In this document: positions 17,791-27,682 of the stretch, piece by piece | Position numbering within the stretch: the stretch's first letter is position 1 | Layout: every line of letters begins with the position of its first letter | DNA from: a virus | Lineage: Duplodnaviria > Caudoviricetes | Length of the DNA stretch: 64,000 bases | Virus record (IMG/VR): IMGVR_UViG_2593339203_000002 | Location: 32,745 to 96,744 of that record | Strand: one strand, 5' to 3' | Program-made: the position numbers and the translations under genes | Notes under the pieces: model-generated | Database searches by the model: none | The model's input: only the letters and a program-made list of their open reading frames with translations | What the model was told of the DNA's origin: nothing

Positions 17791-19526
17791 CCGCCGCCGC
17801 GCCCCGCCGCGTCATCACGGCCGCCGCCTCCCGATACACCTCCCGCAAGCTCAAGGGCAACACGAAGAAACCGGACTCCGGCTGGCAGGAACGCGCCTGG
17901 ACGTTCTACGACACCACCCCCGAGGTCCGGTTCGCCGCACAGTGGGTGTCCGGCGCCATGAGCGCGGCCACCCTCTACGCCGGCCGCCTCGCCGACGACG
18001 GGAAGACGGTGGAGCCGGTCCCGGACACCCACCCGGCCGCGGAGATCGTCGCCCAGATCGCCGGAGGCCCCGAGGGACAGGCGCAGTTGCTCAGCGCGTT
18101 CGGCCCCCACCTGGTGGTCCCCGGGGAGGGCTGGATCGTCGTCCGGCCACGTGAGAAAGGCGGCCAGGACTGGCACGTCCTCTCCGTCCAGGAGATGCGC
18201 CAGCAGGGACAGAAACTCCTCGCGGAGATCGACGGGGAGGAGGTCGAGATCCCGCCGGCCGACCCGGACGGCACCGCCGACGACTCGGCCCCCGTGGGCA
18301 TCCGTGTGTGGCAGCCGCACCCCCGCCGCTTCCTGGAGGCCGACTCCCCGGTACGCGCCTCCCTCGGCCTCCTGGAAGAGCTCCAGCTCCTCAACGCCGC
18401 GGTGGCCGCCATCGCCCGCTCCCGCCTCACCGGCCGCGGCGTCCTCCTGGTCCCGCAGGGCACCCGCTTCCCCTCCACCCCCGTCCAGGGCAACGCCGAG
18501 GACGACCTGATCGAGGTGTTCATGGAGGTGGCGGAGACCGCCTACCGCGAGCCCGAGAGCGCGGCGGCCACGGTCCCGATCATCCTGGAGGTGCCGGCCG
18601 AGTCCATCGGCGCCATCAAGCGCCTCACGTTCGAAAGCGACTTTGACGAGCTCGCCCTGAAGCTGAGGGACGAGGCCATCCGCCGCTTCGCCACCGGCCT
18701 GGACACGCCCGCAGAGGTCGTGCTCGGCATGGGCGGCATCAACCACTGGGGCGCCTGGGCCTTGAAGGAGGAGGCGGTCACGCTCGGGGTGGAACCCCGC
18801 CTCAACACCGTTGCCCACGCCCTGACCACACAGTGGCTCCGTCCGCTCCTCCAGGACGTGGACGAGGAGGAGGCGGAGCGGTGCGTCGTCGTCGCCGACA
18901 CCTCCGGCCTCCGCGTCCGCGCCAACCGGTCCGCGACCGCGCTGGAGGTCTTCAAGGCCGGCGCGATCTCCGCCGCCGCGCTCCGCCGGGAGACCGGGTT
19001 CGACGAGAGCGACGCCCCCACCGCCGAGGAGGAGGCCGCCCGCCGCCGCGAGGAGGAGAACCAGGAGCAGCCCGGCCAGGAGGAGGGCGAGGAGGAGACG
19101 GACGTCCCCGTGGACGAGAGCGAGGAGGCCCCGGACACCCTCCCCGCCTCCGCCGCCGGACACCTCCCGTCCGCCGTCCTGGAGGCCGCGGACGGCCTGA
19201 TCTGGACCGCGCTCTCCGTCGCCGGGGAAAAGCTCCGCAAGACGCCGGCCTGCCCGCGCTCCGAGCGGTCGAAGGCCCGCGAGATCGAGCCCGCCCGCCT
19301 CCACACCGTCATCCGCGTGGAGCCCGGCCAGGTCGAACAGTGGCGGCTCCTGGAAGGCGCCTGGTCCCGCCTCCCGGAGGTCGCCACCCGCTACGGCCTG
19401 GACCCGGATTGCCTCTCCGCCTCCCTGGAGACGTACTGCCGGGAGCTCATCACCGCCGGGATCGGCCACGACTTCGACCTGACCCCGGGCGCGCTACGCA
19501 CCTCATGCCTGGCGGTGGCCGCATGA
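17787..19526 (+). CDS. Portal protein (actinophage type)
   Basis: WQERAW.FY...PEVRFAA, RVWQPHP...ADSP.R, NHWGAW; position; GTGA overlap. Confidence 0.8.
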   Translation: MTAAAPRRVITAAASRYTSRKLKGNTKKPDSGWQERAWTFYDTTPEVRFAAQWVSGAMSAATLYAGRLADDGKTVEPVPDTHPAAEIVAQIAGGPEGQAQLLSAFGPHLVVPGEGWIVVRPREKGGQDWHVLSVQEMRQQGQKLLAEIDGEEVEIPPADPDGTADDSAPVGIRVWQPHPRRFLEADSPVRASLGLLEELQLLNAAVAAIARSRLTGRGVLLVPQGTRFPSTPVQGNAEDDLIEVFMEVAETAYREPESAAATVPIILEVPAESIGAIKRLTFESDFDELALKLRDEAIRRFATGLDTPAEVVLGMGGINHWGAWALKEEAVTLGVEPRLNTVAHALTTQWLRPLLQDVDEEEAERCVVVADTSGLRVRANRSATALEVFKAGAISAAALRRETGFDESDAPTAEEEAARRREEENQEQPGQEEGEEETDVPVDESEEAPDTLPASAAGHLPSAVLEAADGLIWTALSVAGEKLRKTPACPRSERSKAREIEPARLHTVIRVEPGQVEQWRLLEGAWSRLPEVATRYGLDPDCLSASLETYCRELITAGIGHDFDLTPGALRTSCLAVAA

Positions 19527-19738
19527 CACCCCGCCCTCGGCCGTCGTCCCCGCGCCCGTTCCCGGTCCTCACCGTCTACGTGACGGCCGGCACCGCGCGC
19601 CCGGACTGGTGCCACGTCTGCAAGGCATACACCCGGTTCACCGGGGACGTCCTCCTCCTCACCCCGGAGGGCGTGTCCGTCGTCGGCTCCTACGCCGGGT
19701 GCGAGATCTGCGACGAGCCGGAGGAACACCGTGGATGA
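19523..19738 (+). CDS. Small zinc-binding protein
   Basis: CHVC...CEIC; ATGA overlap. Confidence 0.55.
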   Translation: MTPRPRPSSPRPFPVLTVYVTAGTARPDWCHVCKAYTRFTGDVLLLTPEGVSVVGSYAGCEICDEPEEHRG

Positions 19739-19991
19739 GCTGCCCTTCCTGATCAAAGAGGCGTCGGCCGAGCACGCTGCCAACCGCGTGAGCCTGATTG
19801 AGGAGGCCGGCACGGTGGCGATGGCCCACTTCGACACCCTCGCCCCGGGGTACGCGAGCGTGTACGTCACGCTGACGGCCCGCACGACGTACGGCACGGC
19901 GATGCTCGGCCAGTGGGGGTTCAGGCGCTCCGCTGACGGTGCGGTGACTCTCATCGGAGCGCTCCCGGATACGGAGGCCGCCCGTGTCTGA
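19731..19991 (+). CDS. Hypothetical protein
   Basis: GGAGG SD, overlapping coupling on both sides. Confidence 0.55.
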   Translation: MDELPFLIKEASAEHAANRVSLIEEAGTVAMAHFDTLAPGYASVYVTLTARTTYGTAMLGQWGFRRSADGAVTLIGALPDTEAARV

Positions 19992-20406
19992 CCAGACCAC
20001 CGCGCCGAACGGCCGGCCCCTGGACCACACCGGGCCGCCCGGGCACTGGAGGCCCGCTCACCGCGTACACGGCTGGTGCTCCGCGTGCCCTGGCATCGAG
20101 CCGTGGGAGGAGCTGGTGGCGTGGCGCCTCTGGGAGGACGAGCGCCACCGCAACGCCCGCCCCGAGACACCGGCAGGGGATGACTACCCCGGGCCGGAGG
20201 AGCCCGAGGACACGGAGCTGCCGTTCTTCGTGGACTCGACCGTCAAGCCGGAGCGGTGCCCGGTGTGCCGCGCGGAGGTTCCCTCCGCGCTGGTCTCCAC
20301 GTTCACGGTCACCACCGGAGCCGGCACGTACACGATCGGCTCCTTCACCTACTGCCTCACTTGCAAGGCATCCCCCCTCACGCGCCCGGAGGTTACCCAT
20401 GGCTGA
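19984..20406 (+). CDS. Hypothetical zinc-binding protein
   Basis: GGAGG SD; CSAC, CPVC, CLTC. Confidence 0.6.
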   Translation: MSDQTTAPNGRPLDHTGPPGHWRPAHRVHGWCSACPGIEPWEELVAWRLWEDERHRNARPETPAGDDYPGPEEPEDTELPFFVDSTVKPERCPVCRAEVPSALVSTFTVTTGAGTYTIGSFTYCLTCKASPLTRPEVTHG

Positions 20407-23400
20407 CGGAGAGGCCTCGCTCCAGGAGGCGGAGGCCGAGGTGGGGCGCACCGTCCGCAACGTCCTACGCGAGGTGGCCGCAGAGTTCACCGACGCCGTA
20501 CGGGACGCGGATGAGCTGGTGGCCGCCCGGTTCTCCGTCGGCTCCATCGCCCGCATGTGGACGTCCCGCGTCCCCCGGATCGTCCGAAAGCTCCTCGGCG
20601 TCTCCGAGACCGCCGCCAACGAGGCCGCCGGTGACGTGGGCGGGGAGCTGGACGACACCTGGCGCGACCTCCCGGGCCGGTACGACGACGGCCGGGAACT
20701 CCCCCCGGGCATGGGCCAGTACGTGGAGACCACGGAACACCTCCTCCGCGCCGTGGGAGACCGCCTGGCCGACGTGGCCCGGGAAGAGCTCGCGGCGGGG
20801 GTGGAGGCCGGGGAGGACGTGGACCAGCTCCGGGACCGGCTCCGTGCCCGGTTCGCCGCGGACGGCGCGCAGCTCGGCCGCGCCCGCCAGGAGCGCACCG
20901 CCGCCACGGAGGCCTCCCGCGCCTGGAACACCGCCACCCTGGAGGCCGGCCGCGCCCTCACCGGCCCGGACCGCCCCCTGGTCAAGCAGTGGCGCACCCG
21001 CGGGGACCGGAAGGTCCGGGACGCGCATGACGACGTAGACGGGCAACTCCGGCTCCTGGACGAGCCGTTCCGTGTCGGCGGCCACGACATGGACGGCCCG
21101 GGCGACCCGACCGCCCCGGCCTCCCTGGTCGTGAACTGCCGGTGCCGTCTCCGCCTGGCCCGCGCCGAACGCGCCGCCCTCACCCCCCAGTCCGAAGACG
21201 ACGGACGGGCGCCCTCTAACGAATCTCAGGAGGCGCCCGTGGGCGCACCTACGAATGTGACCGCCGCAGCGGACGGGAGCCACCTCATGGGCGGCATGAT
21301 CGCGCTCATCCCCACCGAGGAGGACGCCGCCCGCCTCGCCATCGAGGGCGGCGAGGACGCCGGGGAGCTCCACCTCACCCTCTACTTCCTCGGGGACCAG
21401 GGCGGCGACTGGACACAGGACCAGCGCCAGGACCTCGCGGGCCGTGTCCGCTCCTGGCTCGCGGACCTCAGCGGCCCCGTCACCGGCCGGGCGTTCGGCG
21501 CGAACCACTGGAACGCCGGCAGCGATTCCCCGTCATGGGTGTGGGCCGTGGGAGACGACCGGGACGCGGACGCACCCGGCCTCACCGACATTCACGACGC
21601 CATCACGGAGGCCCTGGAAGACACCCACGAGCGGCCGGAGCTCCCCCGCCAGCACTCCCCGTGGGTCCCGCACGTCTGCGCCGCCTACAGCGACGACCCC
21701 GCCCTCCTGGAGCAGCTGGAGGCGCGCCTAGGACCGATCACGTTCGACCGCGTACGCCTGGCCTTCGCCGGCGACCACATCGACATCCCCCTGACTCCCG
21801 AGGAGGAGCCCATGCCGGAAGAGGAGAGCGCGGCCGGAATGCCCACCCGCGCCTGGTCCACCCCCGGGGACACGGCCCTGGCCTTCGAGAACCAGACCAC
21901 CGGCGACGGCCGCGTGTTCGCCCCAGGCGCCCTGGAGTGGACCGGGCCCGGCCCGTGGCCGCTCCAGTACGCCGACCAGATGCTCGGCGGCCACGAGGGC
22001 GCGGAGCTCGCCGGAGCCATCACCACCGTGAGCCGGGACGGCGACCGCATCCCCGGCGCCGGCGTCCTCTACCTCTCACAGCGCGCCGGCGCCGAGGCCG
22101 CGATGCTCCTGGAGGAGGAGGCCCCCCTCGGCGTGTCCGTCGACCTGGACGACGTGGACGTCGAGTTCGTGGACCGCACCCTGGAGGAAGGGGAGGACGG
22201 CGTCCTGGTCCTGGCCGCGTCCCTCGCCTCCGCGTCCGTCCTCCACATGGAAGACGGCGGCTGGTGCATCAGCGCCCACCCCGCCGTGGAGTGGGAGGCC
22301 TCCGCCGGCGTCCTCTCCCGGCAGCGGCCCACCGTCCAGCTCATCACCGGGCCCGGCGGCCAGGTCAACGCGTCCTCCATCGTCAACGCGTTCGCCGGTA
22401 CCGGCCTCCTCCCCGACCGGATCATGGCCGCCGCCGGGGAGCCGGACGACCCGGACGCCGGAGTGGTCGTCCACGCGGAGAACAGCGGGGACTTTTTGAT
22501 CAGGATCACCCGCGCCCGGCTCCGCGGCGCCACCCTCGTATCCGTGCCCGCGTTCGCCGGCGCCCGCATCGTCCTGGACCCCCTGGAGGACGAGGAGGAG
22601 GCCCGGGCCGCGTCCGCCCGCGCGGCGCGCCTGGACGACATCACCGCGGCGTCCGGGGAGACCCGTAAGCGCGTCGTCACCTACGTCCGATCCTGCCCCG
22701 GCCCCGTCGGCGCCGCCGAGGTCGCCCGCGCGGTAAAGGTCTCCGTCTCCACGGCACGCCGGCACCTCAACGAGGCCGTGAAGGAAGGCCACCTCGTCCG
22801 GCTCCGCCCGGGCCTCTACACCGGCGCCTCCTCCATCCCCGAGGGCCAGGAGGAAACGGCCTCCGCCGCCCCCGCGGGCGCGCACGCGGCCGTGGGCGGG
22901 CCGCACCTCCACCCCGTCCCGGAGGAGGTCATGACGGACCTGGTGGCCTCCGCGTGGACGGCCATGCAGGACGCCGACCCCATGCCCGCCGCCTGGTTCG
23001 CGGAGCCCACGGAGGCCGAGCTCCCGGACGGGAGCGGCGGCGTCCACTACTCCGGAGGCCGGATCTACGGGTGGGTGGCCCGAGCCGGGGAGCCGCACGC
23101 CGGCCACCCCGGCCGCAACCTCACCGTGGAGTCCCTGGGGCAGCTGGACATGTCCCACTTCCTCCGCGCCCGCTTCAAGCTGGACGACGGCACGTTCGTC
23201 AAGGCCGGCGCCTTCACCATGAACGTCCCGCACTCCCGGGACGGCGCCGAGTGCGACACGGCCGCCTGCCAGTTCGACGACACCCGCACCGTCGCCGGAG
23301 TGATCACGACCGGCCTCAACGAACGCGGACTCTGGTTCTCCGGCGCGGCGGCCCCCTGGCTCTCAGCGTGGGACCGGACCGTGTTCGCCGCGTGCCAGCC

Positions 23401-23860
23401 GAGCTATCACATGCTCAAGGGCGGTGACGGCCGCTGGCAGCTCCGCGCCGTGCTCTCCGTGCCCGTACCCGGCCACTCCTCCCCGCTCATCGCCGCGGCG
23501 GTCGAGCGGTCCAACCTCGCGTTGGCGGCCTCCGCCGCCCTGGCCCCCGCCGCCGGGACGGAGGGCGTCATCGTCACCGCACCCCGGACGGCCGGGGACC
23601 TCGAGGTGGCGGCGCAGCCGCTCACCGTCTCCGCCGCTGGCGCCCTGGTCCCCACCGTGGACGTACCCGGCCCTTCCGTCCCGGCGACGGACACGGCCGC
23701 GCTCACCGCGGCACTCCTGGAACGCCCGGACGTCCTGGACCGGTTGGCGGACGCCCTGGACGCCCGCCGCACCACCAGGGAGGAGGAGCGGCGCGCCGAG
23801 GTAGAACGCCTCTCCGCCTCCTTCGCGAAGGTCCCGGCCGGGACCACCGCCTCCTTCTGA
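20399..23860 (+). CDS. Multidomain head protein: MuF minor head domain, 2H phosphoesterase, putative maturation protease/scaffold region with inserted wHTH
   Basis: KQWRTRGD.KVR.AH...PGDP.AP....VNCRC (MuF); HLT and HVC motifs 100 aa apart; AAEVARAVKVSVSTARRHL wHTH; lies between portal and capsid. Confidence 0.8.
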   Translation: MADGEASLQEAEAEVGRTVRNVLREVAAEFTDAVRDADELVAARFSVGSIARMWTSRVPRIVRKLLGVSETAANEAAGDVGGELDDTWRDLPGRYDDGRELPPGMGQYVETTEHLLRAVGDRLADVAREELAAGVEAGEDVDQLRDRLRARFAADGAQLGRARQERTAATEASRAWNTATLEAGRALTGPDRPLVKQWRTRGDRKVRDAHDDVDGQLRLLDEPFRVGGHDMDGPGDPTAPASLVVNCRCRLRLARAERAALTPQSEDDGRAPSNESQEAPVGAPTNVTAAADGSHLMGGMIALIPTEEDAARLAIEGGEDAGELHLTLYFLGDQGGDWTQDQRQDLAGRVRSWLADLSGPVTGRAFGANHWNAGSDSPSWVWAVGDDRDADAPGLTDIHDAITEALEDTHERPELPRQHSPWVPHVCAAYSDDPALLEQLEARLGPITFDRVRLAFAGDHIDIPLTPEEEPMPEEESAAGMPTRAWSTPGDTALAFENQTTGDGRVFAPGALEWTGPGPWPLQYADQMLGGHEGAELAGAITTVSRDGDRIPGAGVLYLSQRAGAEAAMLLEEEAPLGVSVDLDDVDVEFVDRTLEEGEDGVLVLAASLASASVLHMEDGGWCISAHPAVEWEASAGVLSRQRPTVQLITGPGGQVNASSIVNAFAGTGLLPDRIMAAAGEPDDPDAGVVVHAENSGDFLIRITRARLRGATLVSVPAFAGARIVLDPLEDEEEARAASARAARLDDITAASGETRKRVVTYVRSCPGPVGAAEVARAVKVSVSTARRHLNEAVKEGHLVRLRPGLYTGASSIPEGQEETASAAPAGAHAAVGGPHLHPVPEEVMTDLVASAWTAMQDADPMPAAWFAEPTEAELPDGSGGVHYSGGRIYGWVARAGEPHAGHPGRNLTVESLGQLDMSHFLRARFKLDDGTFVKAGAFTMNVPHSRDGAECDTAACQFDDTRTVAGVITTGLNERGLWFSGAAAPWLSAWDRTVFAACQPSYHMLKGGDGRWQLRAVLSVPVPGHSSPLIAAAVERSNLALAASAALAPAAGTEGVIVTAPRTAGDLEVAAQPLTVSAAGALVPTVDVPGPSVPATDTAALTAALLERPDVLDRLADALDARRTTREEERRAEVERLSASFAKVPAGTTASF

Positions 23861-23888
23861 CCCCCGACCACCTGAGAGGAGCACCGCC

Positions 23889-24290
23889 ATGGCGTGCGCG
23901 TGCCAGAACAAGCACAAGTCGTTTGAGGTCGTCACGAAGGCTGGCACCGCCACCCGGCCAGCGTTCACCAGCAGCAGCCAGGGCACCGCGGAAGCCGTCG
24001 CCGACCGCTACCCCACCGCCATCGTCCGGGACAAGAAGACCAGCGAGCCCGTCTACTTCGCGTGGCCGAAGGGCACGTACGAGGTCGTCCTGCAGGCCGG
24101 GGACGGGCCGGTCCTCAAGGCCGCCGCCCACGTACGCAACGGCAGCGACCGGGGCACGCTCAAGGCCCTCGCGGACGACCGGGCCGGGGAGGGCGCCGTG
24201 GTCCGCTCCACCACGGACGGCACCGTGGTCTACCCCCTGGCCGCCGCTCTGACCGCCGCAGCCGTCCAGACGGCCCCCGCCACCCCGTAG
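23889..24290 (+). CDS. Small head-region protein with MACAC N-terminus and internal duplication
   Basis: GAGGAG SD; two (F/Y)EVV...A.AD.....VR halves. Confidence 0.7.
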   Translation: MACACQNKHKSFEVVTKAGTATRPAFTSSSQGTAEAVADRYPTAIVRDKKTSEPVYFAWPKGTYEVVLQAGDGPVLKAAAHVRNGSDRGTLKALADDRAGEGAVVRSTTDGTVVYPLAAALTAAAVQTAPATP

Positions 24291-24318
24291 CGTCCTGCCG
24301 TCACCCCTGGTAGGCAGC

Positions 24319-24357
24319 TACTATTCAGCCCTAGCAGACCGCTGGTTTTGGGCCGGG
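24319..24357 (+). promoter_or_regulatory. -10-like hexamer plus 17-nt leader element before capsid gene
   Basis: TACTAT...GCTGGTTTTGGGCCGGG (24341-24357), 30 nt before ATG. Confidence 0.75.
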
Positions 24358-24387
24358 TCCCCAGCTTCAACACTGGAGACCCGACCC

Positions 24388-26088
24388 ATGGCCGACGAGT
24401 TCGAGCTCCCGCAGGACCTCAACCAGCTCTCCGACTCCGCGTTCCTCACGTCCCTCTCGGACGAGGAACTGGCGGACGCCCTCAGCGTCTCGTCCGTGAC
24501 CTTCGCCGCGCTCTCCGCGCAGGACGCCATCACGGACGATGCTCTCCAGCAGATGCGCGCCCTGGCCACCGGCTCCGAGGCGATCCGGCTGGAGCAGCGC
24601 TCCCGTACCGAGGCCGCGGAAGCCGCCGCCGCCGAGATCGAGGCCATGGCCGCCCGGGTCCGCGGAGACCAGGCCACCACCGAGGAGACGGCGGCAGCCG
24701 AGGGCGGGGAGGGCGGTGACGGCCAGGAGGCCACCGCCTCCACCGAGACCGCCCCGGCCGCTCCGGAGCAGCCCGCGGCACCCGCGGCCCCGGCCGCGCC
24801 GGCGGCGACGGCGTCCGCGGTCGTCGCCCGGCCGCCGCTCAACCTGAGCGCGGTCCGCCGCGTCCAGCCGCGCGTCCTCCCCGAGGCCCCGGCCCCCACG
24901 ACCCGCATCACCGCGGCCGTGGACGTCCCCGGCTACACCCCGGGCGCGCCCCTGGACTTCGACGACATCACCGCCGGCATCATCAGCCGCGCCAACGCGC
25001 TCAAGACGGCCGGCGGCGGGGTCGGGCAGGTGATCTCCTACCGGCACCCGTACGAGCAGGACCAGATCGTCACGGACTCCTCCTCCGCGCCGGAGGGGAC
25101 CACAGTCTCCCTGAGGGCGTCGGACCAGCGGCGCCTTCCGCAGAAGGAGCTCGTCGCCTCCGGTGGCTGGTGCGCGCCGTCGGAGACGATCTACGAACTG
25201 ACGGACACCGCGTGCCCTGACCTCCTCTGGGACGCACCGGAGATCCAGCTTGCGCGAGGTGGCCTGCGCTACTACAAGCCGCTCTCCCTGGACGTCGCCG
25301 CCATGACGTGGGTGCACACGGAGGCGGACGACATCTCCGGGGCCGAAAAGCCCTGCTACCGGGTGCCGTGCCCCGACCCGGTCGAGGTCCGGTGTGACGC
25401 GATCGGCGTCTGCCTGGAGGCTGGCATCCTCACGCAGCGCCACTTCCCGGAGCTCGTCTCCTGGTACCTCCGCAACGCCATGGTGGCGCACGAGATCCGC
25501 GTCAAGCAGTACCTCTTCCAGCAGGCCCTGAACACGGCCACGACGGTGGACATCCCGCAGTCCTTCGGCGCGCTCTCCTCCGTCTTCGCGGCGGTGGCGC
25601 TCCAGGCCGCCGACATGATCGAGCGTCACAGCCTCTGCGAGTCCACGGCCCTGGAGGTCGTGTTCCCGTACTGGTCCCGTCAGCTCTTCCTCGCGGACCT
25701 GGCGCGGCAGAACGGCAAGGACATCTGCGACCTCGACCCGGGGTGCATCCAGAACACGTTCGCCAAGCTCGGCGTACGCGTCCAGTTCGCCCGCGGCCTC
25801 AACCCGGCCGTGCCGGACGAGATCGGCGGGGAGACCCCGGCCACCGCGTTCCCGTCCACCGTGAAGTTCCTCATCTACCCGTCCGGCGGGCTGGTCATCG
25901 GACGCGGCGAAGAGGTCAATCTCGGGGTAATTCATGATTCAACTAAGTTCCGGTTCAACGACTACACGGCGCTTTTCGCGGAGGAATGCACGGCCCTCGT
26001 GGACAGGTCGGTGGACACCCGGCTGGTGACCGTCCCGGTCTGCCCGTCCGGTGAGACCGGCGCACAGACCCTCCTCGCCTGCGCCTGA
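24388..26088 (+). CDS. Major capsid protein with N-terminal scaffold-like extension
   Basis: Coiled/Ala-Pro N-terminus, LVASGGWCAPSE.IY, NDYTALF.EE; followed by a strong hairpin. Confidence 0.85.
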   Translation: MADEFELPQDLNQLSDSAFLTSLSDEELADALSVSSVTFAALSAQDAITDDALQQMRALATGSEAIRLEQRSRTEAAEAAAAEIEAMAARVRGDQATTEETAAAEGGEGGDGQEATASTETAPAAPEQPAAPAAPAAPAATASAVVARPPLNLSAVRRVQPRVLPEAPAPTTRITAAVDVPGYTPGAPLDFDDITAGIISRANALKTAGGGVGQVISYRHPYEQDQIVTDSSSAPEGTTVSLRASDQRRLPQKELVASGGWCAPSETIYELTDTACPDLLWDAPEIQLARGGLRYYKPLSLDVAAMTWVHTEADDISGAEKPCYRVPCPDPVEVRCDAIGVCLEAGILTQRHFPELVSWYLRNAMVAHEIRVKQYLFQQALNTATTVDIPQSFGALSSVFAAVALQAADMIERHSLCESTALEVVFPYWSRQLFLADLARQNGKDICDLDPGCIQNTFAKLGVRVQFARGLNPAVPDEIGGETPATAFPSTVKFLIYPSGGLVIGRGEEVNLGVIHDSTKFRFNDYTALFAEECTALVDRSVDTRLVTVPVCPSGETGAQTLLACA

Positions 26089-26109
26089 GCGGCACCTCCC
26101 GCCCGAGAC

Positions 26110-26146
26110 GTGCCGGGCCCGCGGACCTGAGACGCGGGCCCGGCAC
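26110..26146 (+). terminator. Hairpin after capsid gene
   Basis: GTGCCGGGCCCGCG-N9-CGCGGGCCCGGCAC, 14-bp perfect stem. Confidence 0.7.
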
Positions 26147-26174
26147 CCCCTGACCCTGACTGGAGGTCCGCGCG

Positions 26175-27014
26175 ATGCCGGGTATGCGCAAGCTCGTTCA
26201 GCCGATCCCGGGCGTGCCGCTACCGCACGGCATCCTCAACGCCTGCACCACCGTGGAGGACGTCACGGACGTCCATGAGCTCATGGGCGTGGAGTGGCGG
26301 GCCCTCGGCTGCTGCCCCGTCCACGAGTGGAAGGACCCGTGCCTGACGGACGACTCCCCCGGGGAGGAGTCCCCCGGCGAGCCGGTAGCCAAGCAGTTCT
26401 GCAGGCCGGAGTTCGAGCACGCCCAACCCATCACGCTCTACGCCGGCGCGGAGTGCTCCACGTTCGGCTGGTCCTACGAGGAGGCCGTGACCCACGCCCG
26501 GGCCACGATGGCCCTCGGGGAGCAGCACGGCCTGGAGGCCGCGTTCTGGTCCGGGAAGCTCACCGTGGACGCGGTGGACCTCACCCCCGCGGCCGGGCCG
26601 GTGTCCGTCGCGCAGGGCGTCGCGGCGCTGGAAGGCTGCTTGGCCGAGTCCTACGGCGGCGTGGGCGTCCTCCACGTTCCGGCCGGTGCCGCCGCGCTCC
26701 TCGGCTGCTGCAACGTCCTCACGAGGGACCCGGCCACCGGGAGCCTGGAGACCCTGGCGGGGAACTGCGCCGTGATCGGTGCCGGCTACTCCGCCGAGAA
26801 CACCGGGCCGGGCGGTATCCCGGCCGAGCCGGGGACGGCCTGGCTCTACATCACCGGGCCCGTCCACATCCGGCGCGGCCCCCTGGACGTCATCCCGGAC
26901 CGGTCCGCGTCCGTCAACCCCCGCACCAACGATCGCCGCGTGCTGGTGGAGCGGACGTACGTGGTCGGCACGACGTGCACCGTGTGCGCGGTGCTCGTGG
27001 AGGTCTGCGCGTGA
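26175..27014 (+). CDS. Putative minor capsid/decoration protein, Cys-rich
   Basis: GGAGG SD; directly follows capsid; 279 aa. Confidence 0.65.
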   Translation: MPGMRKLVQPIPGVPLPHGILNACTTVEDVTDVHELMGVEWRALGCCPVHEWKDPCLTDDSPGEESPGEPVAKQFCRPEFEHAQPITLYAGAECSTFGWSYEEAVTHARATMALGEQHGLEAAFWSGKLTVDAVDLTPAAGPVSVAQGVAALEGCLAESYGGVGVLHVPAGAAALLGCCNVLTRDPATGSLETLAGNCAVIGAGYSAENTGPGGIPAEPGTAWLYITGPVHIRRGPLDVIPDRSASVNPRTNDRRVLVERTYVVGTTCTVCAVLVEVCA

Positions 27015-27679
27015 ACGACTTCATCCGTATCCGCCCGGCCGCGCGCCGGCGTGTGCCGTTCGCCCGGTGGGCGGTGAGCCAGAACCCGAAGATCCGCACC
27101 GTCAGCCAGTCCGAGTTCGGCGTCCCGCCAGTCCTCTTCGTCGACATGCCGGAGGACCTACTCCGCGGCTCCCTGGTCGACGGCCGCCCGTACGTCTCCC
27201 CCCTCGACCAGGAGGAGGAGACAGAGGCGGCCGGACCGGGCGCGCCGGAGCTCCTGGGCGTCGCCACGCGCGGCCCGGACGGCTTCCTGGAGGCGGTCCC
27301 GGGCCAGCCGCTCCCGGAGGTCCCCGCCCACATCTACGGCCCGGACGCCGTCCCGCTCCCGGCCGACTTCGCGCCGCTGGAGGACGCCCCCGAGACGTAC
27401 GAGCTCTCCGGTGTCCTGGTGGGGGAGACCGGCCCGGAGACCTATGTCCCCCTCGGGGACACCAGCGGGGACACCCCCGGGGGCGCCCTCGCGCAAGGAG
27501 GGGACACGGCCGGAGAGACACCGGCCGTGACCAGCGAGGACACCCCGGGGGACACCGGAGACACGGCGGGGGACACCAGCGGGGGCACCGGCCGGTCGTT
27601 CCCGTGCGGGGCGTGCCCGCGCGCCTTCAAGAGCGAGCGCGGCCGGGACTCCCACCGCCGCCAGGTCCACGGGAGGTAG
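27011..27679 (+). CDS. Hypothetical protein with GDT repeats and C-terminal C2H2 zinc finger
   Basis: GTGA overlap; FPCGACPRAFKSERGRDSHRRQVH. Confidence 0.7.
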   Translation: MNDFIRIRPAARRRVPFARWAVSQNPKIRTVSQSEFGVPPVLFVDMPEDLLRGSLVDGRPYVSPLDQEEETEAAGPGAPELLGVATRGPDGFLEAVPGQPLPEVPAHIYGPDAVPLPADFAPLEDAPETYELSGVLVGETGPETYVPLGDTSGDTPGGALAQGGDTAGETPAVTSEDTPGDTGDTAGDTSGGTGRSFPCGACPRAFKSERGRDSHRRQVHGR

Positions 27680-27682
27680 CCG

